DNA from: Desulfurococcales archaeon
GTDB taxonomy: Archaea; Thermoproteota; Thermoprotei_A; Sulfolobales; Acidilobaceae
DNA length: 47,740 bases
Assembly (NCBI GenBank): GCA_027012045.1
Contig: JALUZI010000235.1
Coordinates: 1 to 47,740 of the forward strand
Direction: 5' to 3'
The notes beneath the pieces are model-generated. The model was not told the DNA's origin and did not search any database. It saw only the letters and a list, made by a program, of their open reading frames with translations. Below, piece after piece: positions 9,844 to 17,353 of this stretch (positions are counted from its first letter, which is position 1; the number at the start of each line of letters is the position of its first letter). The translations under genes were made by a program, and so were the position numbers.

Positions 9844-10593
9844 TTAGGAAATGAGCCTCGATAAAATCTCCTTTATCTCTTCCTTACTAAGCTTCCTAAA
9901 CTTGCCTGTTTCAACAAGGGCGATGCCGGCATCAAAATTCTCCTCGGTAAGCTCCTTTATGTTCTCGTTTCTCTGCTGCATCGAGTATATCATGGCTTTG
10001 AAGGCCAACTCGATCGTTTCATCCTTCCCTAGTTCATAGTTGTAATGCTTTTCCAAGTACTCATTGGCGCTCTGAGCCCCCATTCCTATGGCTATCGCTT
10101 GGTAGCCGATATACTGGCCTCCCGGTTCTGTTCTAAGTAGCCTGGGAGTCCCGTCTGGATCCACCCCACCGAATATCATTGAGACACCGAAAGGTCTTAC
10201 TCCACCATATTGTGTGTACTGGTGTTTAACATCTGCAACATGCTTAGTCAGGTATTCAACTGTAATGGGGTCTCCGTAGAGAAGCTTATGCCTTATACTT
10301 ACTAGTCTAGCATAATCGATGAGCACCCTTCCATCCGACCCGAACCCAGCAAATGTGACGCCGATGTGGTCGTCTACGGAGAACACTTTTTCTATGCTGT
10401 CAAGCTCCATAAGCTTAGTAACATACTTCTTCTCTGACAATAGTACAACCGTACCTTTAGTCTTTACTCCGAGGCTGGTCCATCCCTTTCTAACAGCCTC
10501 GAACGCGTATTCAACCTGGTACAGCTTACCCTCCGGTGAGAATATTGTTATTGCCCTATCATAACCCATGGCTTGACCGGGTAGACCTGCCAT
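9844..10593 (-). CDS. psmA: Proteasome alpha subunit
   Basis: GYDRAITIFSPEGKLYQVEYA signature near the N-terminus; 249 aa. Confidence 0.95.
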   Translation of the reverse strand: MAGLPGQAMGYDRAITIFSPEGKLYQVEYAFEAVRKGWTSLGVKTKGTVVLLSEKKYVTKLMELDSIEKVFSVDDHIGVTFAGFGSDGRVLIDYARLVSIRHKLLYGDPITVEYLTKHVADVKHQYTQYGGVRPFGVSMIFGGVDPDGTPRLLRTEPGGQYIGYQAIAIGMGAQSANEYLEKHYNYELGKDETIELAFKAMIYSMQQRNENIKELTEENFDAGIALVETGKFRKLSKEEIKEILSRLIS

Positions 10594-10661
10594 CTTTACC
10601 GCCTCACTAACCCCATGATTAGGCTTAGAAATAATGTTTTATTAAACGTATTGTTCTAACT

Positions 10662-10721
10662 ATGATGGGCCAATGAGGAATAGTCCGACTAATGAACGAT
10701 GATTACTCTTCTCTCAGCTGA
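10662..10721 (+). ncRNA. Candidate C/D box sRNA (about 60 nt)
   Basis: C-like box ATGATGG at 10662-10668. Internal C'-like GATGATT at 10699-10705. Exactly 12 nt (ctcttctctcag) then D box CTGA at 10718-10721. A TATA-like TTTTATTAAA at 10637-10646 starts 25 nt upstream of the C box. The D' box is degenerate (CCGA at 10685-10688), and no target was checked. Confidence 0.35.
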
Positions 10722-10857
10722 GGCCCTAGCATACTTAATCACCATAAGCTAGGGTTGCGGTTAAATTTAATACAACTACCTAATTATGGTTTATCGGATG
10801 AAGACGTCGCTCCAGAGAGAGCGCTGCGATGACCGACTCACGACGAGCTGACGCATC

Positions 10858-11319
10858 ATGGATAAATGCGCTATGCTGTGTTACATGGAGGCAATAGCGG
10901 TTGCGGCGCTCTTTGCCCTTCTTTATTATATTATAAGGAGAATTCCCACATTAAACCTCGACGGGTGCACTGCCGAGTCGTTTAGCGTTATTAAGAAGCT
11001 TGCAAGTAAGCCTAGGAGAAGATACATTGTTTTGGAGGCTGTTGGTTTCAAAGATGAATTGAAATCACGTAGAAGCGCCGTTAAATGGTTGGAGACCAGT
11101 TTAAAGGGTATTATCGGTGAAATAGGACTCGTCAACCTAGGCTTAACCATAATTGACTATAACCCGAAGAATCAGAGGTTTATCATAAGGGTCTACCACA
11201 CAAGGGTTAATAGTTTCATGGGAGCGGTGGGCATCCATAATAACAGGAGTGATGTTAAACTTTCGGTTCTCAGTGTTACAGGTAGCATAAGGAAGGCGAG
11301 GAATTACCTTAGATCTTAA
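10858..11319 (+). CDS. rnp2: RNase P protein component 2 (Pop5), with an atypical hydrophobic N-terminal extension
   Basis: The core KPRRRYIVLEAVG...FIIRVYHTRVNSFMGAVG...LSVLSVTGSIRKARNYL aligns with archaeal Pop5 (PH1481-like RYIAF...IIRC...VLGVSGTIKRLKRKFL). The first roughly 40 aa (AIAVAALFALLYYIIRRI) have no counterpart in typical Pop5. Confidence 0.8.
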   Translation: MDKCAMLCYMEAIAVAALFALLYYIIRRIPTLNLDGCTAESFSVIKKLASKPRRRYIVLEAVGFKDELKSRRSAVKWLETSLKGIIGEIGLVNLGLTIIDYNPKNQRFIIRVYHTRVNSFMGAVGIHNNRSDVKLSVLSVTGSIRKARNYLRS

Positions 11320-11331
11320 GTTGACGGTGGT

Positions 11332-12558
11332 TTAAAGAGTTGAGACTATCTTGATCACATCATCATCTTCCAACACGTAGTTCTCACCTATCCTCTGCTT
11401 TGTCTTTGCATTTACAGCATATAGGAATCCCCTACCTAGATCAGTATGTATCATGTAGGCCAGTTCCCTAGCTGTAGTCCCCTTGGGTACTAGGTATGCG
11501 TCCGGAAGAATTCTTCCATCTTTGTCTGTGTAATGTGTAGCATCTTCAACAGGATAAACAGTTATCATGTTCAAGACTTTGAACACTGCTGTGTTTAAGG
11601 CTTCTTGAACTCCTGTTGAACCCCATTTTCCGAGCACATTCTTCTTTATAGATTCGAGGGCTTCCCGTTGTTTCGTGTTTAAGTCTCCTATCACCGTGAA
11701 GGTCGAGTCGCCTGGAATGTATCTTATCAATCCTTTCTTAGCGGCGTGCCTCAAAGCTAGCTCTGCTACACTACTGGTTGGTATAACAGGTATCTCTGGG
11801 AACTTTTCTTTTAGACGCTTAATATTCTCCTCCGCGGAGGGACGGTCTGATTTATTAGCAACTATAACAATGGGCTTGGACTTTCTCCTGAGAACCTTTA
11901 CGAATTCAAGTAAATCTTCGTCACTCCAAGTTGTGAGCTTAGAGGGTGTTTTACCTATCTCCTCGAATGCCTGAATTACATGTTCCTTTTTTATGCTGAA
12001 CCCAGAGAATCTCTGCGCAATAATAGAATACTTGTCCGTATACGAGCCTGTGTCTAGAGTACGTGCGAACCTGCTCCAGTCTTTCTTTACATTATTAAAT
12101 ATCCACATGTCTATTTCATTGAGTATGAGTTCCACTTCCTTTATCGGGTCGAAACTACCTGGTTTAACCGGGACGCCGTCCTCCGATGTGGACCCACTTG
12201 CATCTACCACTAAGAGGATCGCGTCAGCCTGTCTTATATCGTCGAGAAACTTGTTGCCGAGTCCTCTTCCCAGATGAGCACCTGGTACTAGTCCTGCTAT
12301 GTCCATCAGTTTAACTGGAATAAACCTATTCCCCTCTATACAGATTGAGTTTCTCGGGGTGCATTTGGGTAAGCCTAATTTGGTGTGGACGCATTTTTTC
12401 CTTACATAACTAATTCCTATGTTTGGTTCAATAGTAGTGAAGGGCCTGTTCTCCATTTCGACAGACGTTTCTGTGGCCGCGGAGAAGAACGTTGATTTGC
12501 CCACGTTCGTCTTTCCGACAACGCCGAGAAGTATCTCCCTAGGAGGCATAGCCACCAC
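11332..12558 (-). CDS. OBG-family GTPase (YchF/Ygr210-like) with a C-terminal TGS/beta-grasp domain
   Basis: G1 GVVGKTNVGKST, G3 DIAGLVPGA, G4 ANKSD. C-terminal ARELAYMIHTDLGRGFLYAVNAKT...VLEDDDVIKIV is TGS-like. Confidence 0.8.
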   Translation of the reverse strand: MVAMPPREILLGVVGKTNVGKSTFFSAATETSVEMENRPFTTIEPNIGISYVRKKCVHTKLGLPKCTPRNSICIEGNRFIPVKLMDIAGLVPGAHLGRGLGNKFLDDIRQADAILLVVDASGSTSEDGVPVKPGSFDPIKEVELILNEIDMWIFNNVKKDWSRFARTLDTGSYTDKYSIIAQRFSGFSIKKEHVIQAFEEIGKTPSKLTTWSDEDLLEFVKVLRRKSKPIVIVANKSDRPSAEENIKRLKEKFPEIPVIPTSSVAELALRHAAKKGLIRYIPGDSTFTVIGDLNTKQREALESIKKNVLGKWGSTGVQEALNTAVFKVLNMITVYPVEDATHYTDKDGRILPDAYLVPKGTTARELAYMIHTDLGRGFLYAVNAKTKQRIGENYVLEDDDVIKIVSTL

Positions 12559-12704
12559 AACCCTTTTTTCTTGACAGGTTGAAAGCCGGCTTTAATTAGT
12601 TTGCACTGTGAATATGGGTGGCTTACCACTATCTTTGAGAGAAAACTATTATATCCTCAAGTTAGTATTACATTCTGATTCAGCGTGGATATGGTGGGAG
12701 AGTA

Positions 12705-13382
12705 ATGGCGAAGTCGATGTACCACTATATAGCAGCGACCTGGAAGAAACCGTATGACGGCGTCCATGGTGCATATATGAAGCAACTACTTATCAAGTGG
12801 AGAAGGCAGCCTAGTATAGTCAGAGTTGAGAAGCCTCTAAGAATTGATAGGGCCAGACAGCTTGGTTACAAAGCTAAACAGGGAGTGATTGTCGTTAGGG
12901 TAAGGGTCAGAAAGGGAGGTCTGAGAAAGCAGAGGCCTAACAAGGGTAGGAGACCGAAAAGAATGGGTGTCTACGGTTTCGCCCCGGCGAAGAGTATAAG
13001 GCTCATAGCTGAGGAACGCGCACAGAGGAAATATCCTAACATGATAGTGCTGAACAGCTATTATGTCGGAGAGGACGGGAGGTACAAGTGGTACGAGGTC
13101 ATCTTAGTAGACCCTAATCACCCGTCTATAAAGAGGGACCCCGAACTTAAATGGGTAGCTACAGGAAAACACAAAGGGAGACCGTTCAGGGGATTGACTA
13201 GCGCTGGCAAAAAGATGAGGGGACTCCGTAAGAGCAGAGGCCTCAAGAATACAACTAAACAGAAATGGAAGAAGAAAGCCAAGGAGAGGAAACTTAAGAA
13301 GAGGCATGAAGCCAGCAGAGGAGCCAGGCTCATAGTCCCAGACGAGATAAGATACAAGATACACAAAGGAGACTTACAATAG
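12705..13382 (+). CDS. rpl15e: 50S ribosomal protein L15e (eL15)
   Basis: [16 protein letters not shown]... and [22 protein letters not shown]; a basic C-terminal tail; an SD-like GGTGGGAG lies 6-13 nt upstream. Confidence 0.93.
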   Translation: MAKSMYHYIAATWKKPYDGVHGAYMKQLLIKWRRQPSIVRVEKPLRIDRARQLGYKAKQGVIVVRVRVRKGGLRKQRPNKGRRPKRMGVYGFAPAKSIRLIAEERAQRKYPNMIVLNSYYVGEDGRYKWYEVILVDPNHPSIKRDPELKWVATGKHKGRPFRGLTSAGKKMRGLRKSRGLKNTTKQKWKKKAKERKLKKRHEASRGARLIVPDEIRYKIHKGDLQ

Positions 13383-13488
13383 TCTCCTTGCCCCCACTTT
13401 ACACTATAAAACCTACTAAACCAGGTTTTTGCATAATAGAATAGATAAAAAGCTAACCTGTTAGACCTATATCTCCTGTGAGACCGCG

Positions 13489-13962
13489 ATGACCAAAGCC
13501 AAGAATAAGCGTTTTCTCAGGGAAGTCATTATTTCTACAATAATGCATTCTACAGAGGACGAAGATAAAGTTAGAAAAGCTATGCTTCACGTGGTTCCTG
13601 AGAGTTTAAGAGAGAAAGTTATAGATAAAATCTCCATTGCCGCATCACGAGGCTTCCATGGGAACGAGATAAGGTTCCTTCAACTCTTAATAAGGGGGAA
13701 AGAAGCAGAGGAAGTGTTTGCACGAATACTATGCAACCTGGACGATACTAACAGGGCTATACTGTCTGACACACTGGATGAAAGAATTGATGGTTCAGGC
13801 AACCTGTACCTTAGGCTGGGTAAGCAAGAAGCATATCTTGGAAAACTGGTATTATTAGATGGCGATGATTCCCTCAGAATAGTGTTCAAGCCTAAATACA
13901 ATGAAAAAGGATTCTGGCCACGCTATATAAAGTCGATATTTGAGGAGAGATGCAGGAGTTGA
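13489..13962 (+). CDS. DUF54/COG1325-like predicted exosome-associated RNA-binding protein
   Basis: 157 aa. It has the pattern ISTIMHSTEDEDKVRKAM....FHGNEI..L...I.GKEAEEVF..I...L........L.ERID..GNLYLRL.KQ.AY. It sits at the superoperon position between L15e and Rpp30. The family assignment comes from memory of the pattern, not from a search. Confidence 0.5.
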   Translation: MTKAKNKRFLREVIISTIMHSTEDEDKVRKAMLHVVPESLREKVIDKISIAASRGFHGNEIRFLQLLIRGKEAEEVFARILCNLDDTNRAILSDTLDERIDGSGNLYLRLGKQEAYLGKLVLLDGDDSLRIVFKPKYNEKGFWPRYIKSIFEERCRS

Positions 13963-14579
13963 TTACCTATATAGACTTATCTATAAGACCAGAGAACTGT
14001 GACGTATTAAAGGCTATTGCAGAAAAAGCGTCTAACTTAGGGTTTAAAGGCATCGGCGTACCTGTCAATGTAGCCGATTGTAACGAAAGGTATCCTATCC
14101 CCCTTATACCGAGGATCGATGTTGAATACAGGAATCTCAGGGGTCTCCGTGAACAAGTAGGAAGTAGAAAAGTGTTAGTAGTTATAGAGGTCTCTGGGCT
14201 AAACGATCTTAGGAAAGCACCCTTGAGCAAAGCAGGCAGTGTTATAAGGATAAAACCAGATCTCGCTAAGTATATAGATAAGTCTCAAGCGAGGCTTTTA
14301 GCTGGGTCGGGGAAAATATTGGAACTCTCCTTGAAAGATTTTACGAAAAACAAGAATAACATGTATAAGTTCGCTATAGCTGTTAGGAGGATGCATGCCT
14401 ATGACATACCATACGCATTAGTATCCGATGCCCAAAATGAATATGAACTATGGCATCCGAGGATGATTATAGGGTTGCTCGAACTAATCGGTATTCCCCA
14501 GCCTTACAACTCAGCCTCCATAACAACATACCCTTTAAGGGTTTCTAAACGATTTATTTTGAAAGTCGAGGAAAGCTAG
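13950..14579 (+). CDS. rnp3: RNase P protein component 3 (Rpp30)
   Basis: The C-terminal SDAQNEYELWHPRMIIGLLELIGIPQPYNSASITTYPLRVSKR closely parallels P. horikoshii Rpp30 ([43 protein letters not shown]). 209 aa, the right size for a TIM barrel. Confidence 0.8.
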   Translation: MQELITYIDLSIRPENCDVLKAIAEKASNLGFKGIGVPVNVADCNERYPIPLIPRIDVEYRNLRGLREQVGSRKVLVVIEVSGLNDLRKAPLSKAGSVIRIKPDLAKYIDKSQARLLAGSGKILELSLKDFTKNKNNMYKFAIAVRRMHAYDIPYALVSDAQNEYELWHPRMIIGLLELIGIPQPYNSASITTYPLRVSKRFILKVEES

Positions 14580-16085
14580 GTATACCTGCCTTAGAGCCTC
14601 GGGTTTATTGAAATCATCACGAATATAGAGATGCCATATCGGCGTGTACTCGGGATCCCAGAACGAAAGATACTGGCTTTCTTTAACACCAGAATTTACA
14701 GCAACCGTTCTCCAAGATGAGAGGAAGCCATCCATTTGCCCCCATAGTGCTAGAGGCTTTGAGAGTTCAGGGCCTCCCCTAGACAGTATTGCCTGTAACC
14801 TAGCATATTTGGGGTCGGTATAAGTAAAGCTCGACACGCTTCTACCTACACCTTTCCTTATGGCCTCAATGTTGTTTTTGATCTTCCTTAGATCGCTAAA
14901 CCCGTGCCACTGGAGAGGTGTAAACGGCTTTGGTATGAACGGGTTAAGTGAGACTTTTAGTTTGCCCCCGACTCTCTTAATTTTACCTGCTACATTTCTG
15001 AGAAGCTTAACGGTGTCTTCGACATCTCTCTTGGTCTCTCCGTAGAACCCTGTCATTAAATAGAACTTGAATTGTTTGAGCCCTACGTCTATAGCAGTAT
15101 CAACTACCTCTTCAACCTGGCTTGAATATATCTCTTTTCTCAGGGACTTTGCAAGCCTAGAACTTCCTGTTTCCGGGGCAAGCGTCAGTGTTTTCTGGCC
15201 TATTGACCTAATCATACTTAACCTACTCTCGTTGAGAGTGTCTACCCTCAAACTGGGAACCGAAGCCTTTAGGCCTTTTCTAATTATGTTTTTCAGGATG
15301 GAATCAGATTCCGGGTGATCGAAGAACGAAAGGCTATACAGTGTTATCTTATCATATACACCGCCACTGAATCCTTTTGAAATGATTTCGTCTATTGTTC
15401 CGCTTGACCTAACCCGGTAGGGACGGAATATTCTTCCTTCCATACAGAAGAGACATCCTCTTGTACATCCACGGGACACTTCTACGAGCAGTGCCTTCCC
15501 CCATATGGGCTCCACGCTGGTGTTGGAATACCTGAGCTGGTTTGTCGGATAGAATGAACCGTCTAAGTTCTCAGCGAAAATCCTTCTTGTAGGCTTATCT
15601 TTTTCGAGTGTAAACACGCCTTTTATTTCCGAGAGCCGTTGTATTTTCTCTTTTCTAGTGTAATCTGAAACTATTATGTCGAGTGCTTCTTCCATAATAT
15701 TCTCCGCTTCCCCTATGAAAACAGCATCTGCAATACTAGAAACGGGGAGCGGGTTCCCGGTGACTGCTGGTCCTCCGAGTATTATTAGCGGGTCATTCCG
15801 CTCTCTTGCTTTGGAAAAGTAGGGTATGCCTGCCTTATAGAGGAATGAAACAAGGTCCTTGTACATTAATTCGTAAGGTACGCTTATGAACAGGGCGTCA
15901 TACCTTTTAGTTTCGAATGTTTTGCTGTCCCAGTTTCTCAAGCCGTCTCTTTCTATCGTTATTCTGTGCACATTGCGTCCGTAATGCTCTATCATTTCCC
16001 TCAATAAATGGAATGCCAGGCTTGAGAGAGCCACGCGAAGCTCGGATAAGTATACCAGTCCTATTGTGCCAGCCAATAGTATCAA
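14535..16085 (-). CDS. B12-binding-domain-like radical SAM protein of unknown function (resembles the TIGR03960-type uncharacterised rSAM family)
   Basis: Radical SAM cluster motif VSRGCTRGCLFCMEG (CxxxCxxC). An N-terminal Rossmann-like domain (DALFISVPYE..., LIILGGPAVTGNP). C-terminal FIPKPFTPLQWHG ... ARLQAILSRGGPEL ... W. TTG start that overlaps the upstream stop as TTGA. Confidence 0.75.
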   Translation of the reverse strand: MILLAGTIGLVYLSELRVALSSLAFHLLREMIEHYGRNVHRITIERDGLRNWDSKTFETKRYDALFISVPYELMYKDLVSFLYKAGIPYFSKARERNDPLIILGGPAVTGNPLPVSSIADAVFIGEAENIMEEALDIIVSDYTRKEKIQRLSEIKGVFTLEKDKPTRRIFAENLDGSFYPTNQLRYSNTSVEPIWGKALLVEVSRGCTRGCLFCMEGRIFRPYRVRSSGTIDEIISKGFSGGVYDKITLYSLSFFDHPESDSILKNIIRKGLKASVPSLRVDTLNESRLSMIRSIGQKTLTLAPETGSSRLAKSLRKEIYSSQVEEVVDTAIDVGLKQFKFYLMTGFYGETKRDVEDTVKLLRNVAGKIKRVGGKLKVSLNPFIPKPFTPLQWHGFSDLRKIKNNIEAIRKGVGRSVSSFTYTDPKYARLQAILSRGGPELSKPLALWGQMDGFLSSWRTVAVNSGVKESQYLSFWDPEYTPIWHLYIRDDFNKPEALRQVYLAFLDFQNKSFRNP

Positions 16086-17353
16086 CCATCACATTTAACT
16101 ATGGAGTTATCGGGTACGTCCCTAGCAACCCTGCAACCTGGATATATTATACTGTAGGACCCTATCTTTACTCCAGGATATATCAATACTCCTATTCCTG
16201 TCTTAGCATAGCCTCCTATGACCGCGCCCATTTTACGTCTTCCGGTTGAAACTCTTTTACCTTTGACCGTCATCTTGACAGGTTTATCGTCAAACCTTAG
16301 ATTTGCTGTCTGTGTTGAAGCACCTAAATTAACGTGCTCTCCTATTATCGAGTCTCCAACATAGCTTTGGTGGGGGACTTTCGCGTGCTCCAACAGTATC
16401 GAATTCTTTATTTCTGTATGGGCTCCCGCTACAGAGCCTTCGTGGAGTGTAGTGTAATCCCGTATGAATGCATATGGTTTCAACCGGGCCGTATCGCCTA
16501 CTATGGCTGGCCCATAAACTGTAGAGTTCTTCTCTATAACCGCTTTTTTGTGTATTATAAAGGGTTTACCATTATCGGATTCCCTTACCTGGAATTCCCT
16601 TGTTTCCTCGCAATTATTTTGTATACACTCTACTATTGCCCGGTTATTCGCTTCGAGTAGATCCCAAGGTCTTCCAATATCCATCCATTCATTAGCCTTT
16701 AGGACTAATGGTTTCAAACCTCTTTCCATCCCTACCCTGGTTACTAGGTCTGTTAATTCATACTCTCCCCTAGGGGATAAGCTTAGTTTCTCCAATATAT
16801 TGACGTCGGCAGCCGATATTCTAAGCAAACCAGAAAAAACCAGGTTACTAGGTTCTTCTCCTTTAGGGGGTTTCTCGATGATGTTCCTAACAAGATTATT
16901 TTCTATTTCGACTACCCCGTACTCCCACGGGCTTTCTACCGGAGATAACAGTATTTCATAGTCTCCCTCTAGGAACTGATGGTACCTCTCTATTGGGAGA
17001 TACGTGTCGCTGTAAGCCACGATAATACTATGCGGGTTGATCTTATCCAGAATATTGCGCGCCCCTACGAGAACAGCGTGGCCCGTACCAAGTTCTTGTC
17101 CCTGATCTACAACTTCTAGAGCGGCTTCTAGCTTGTACTTCTCAGCGCATTCGCGCACAACTCTAATTATTACATCTTTCATATAACTTGCTACAACCGT
17201 GATTAAACTGGCTTTCTTCGAGAGTGCTTTCAAGTGCCTACATATTATAGGTTCCGGCCCTATTGGAATAGACGGTTTGGGCCTCGTTGAGGTTATAGGA
17301 CGAAGTCTCTCGCCTTTCCCGGCTGCGAGCAGGATTGCTGCCTCGTCACTCAA
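16082..17353 (-). CDS. Bifunctional sugar-1-phosphate nucleotidylyltransferase/acetyltransferase (GlmU/ST0452-like)
   Basis: N-terminal LLAAGKGERLRPITSTRPKP nucleotidyltransferase motif. The C-terminus carries left-handed beta-helix hexapeptide repeats (VGDSIIGEHVNLGAST..., IGGYAKTGIGVLIYPGVKIGSYSIIYPG). Confidence 0.85.
   Translation of the reverse strand: MSDEAAILLAAGKGERLRPITSTRPKPSIPIGPEPIICRHLKALSKKASLITVVASYMKDVIIRVVRECAEKYKLEAALEVVDQGQELGTGHAVLVGARNILDKINPHSIIVAYSDTYLPIERYHQFLEGDYEILLSPVESPWEYGVVEIENNLVRNIIEKPPKGEEPSNLVFSGLLRISAADVNILEKLSLSPRGEYELTDLVTRVGMERGLKPLVLKANEWMDIGRPWDLLEANNRAIVECIQNNCEETREFQVRESDNGKPFIIHKKAVIEKNSTVYGPAIVGDTARLKPYAFIRDYTTLHEGSVAGAHTEIKNSILLEHAKVPHQSYVGDSIIGEHVNLGASTQTANLRFDDKPVKMTVKGKRVSTGRRKMGAVIGGYAKTGIGVLIYPGVKIGSYSIIYPGCRVARDVPDNSIVKCDG

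Noticed and set aside
12417-12629. A 70-aa minus-strand ORF spanning the GTPase start and the divergent promoter region
   Set aside because: It overlaps the P-loop-encoding region of the GTPase out of frame and extends into the AT-rich promoter. It has no motif or context support.
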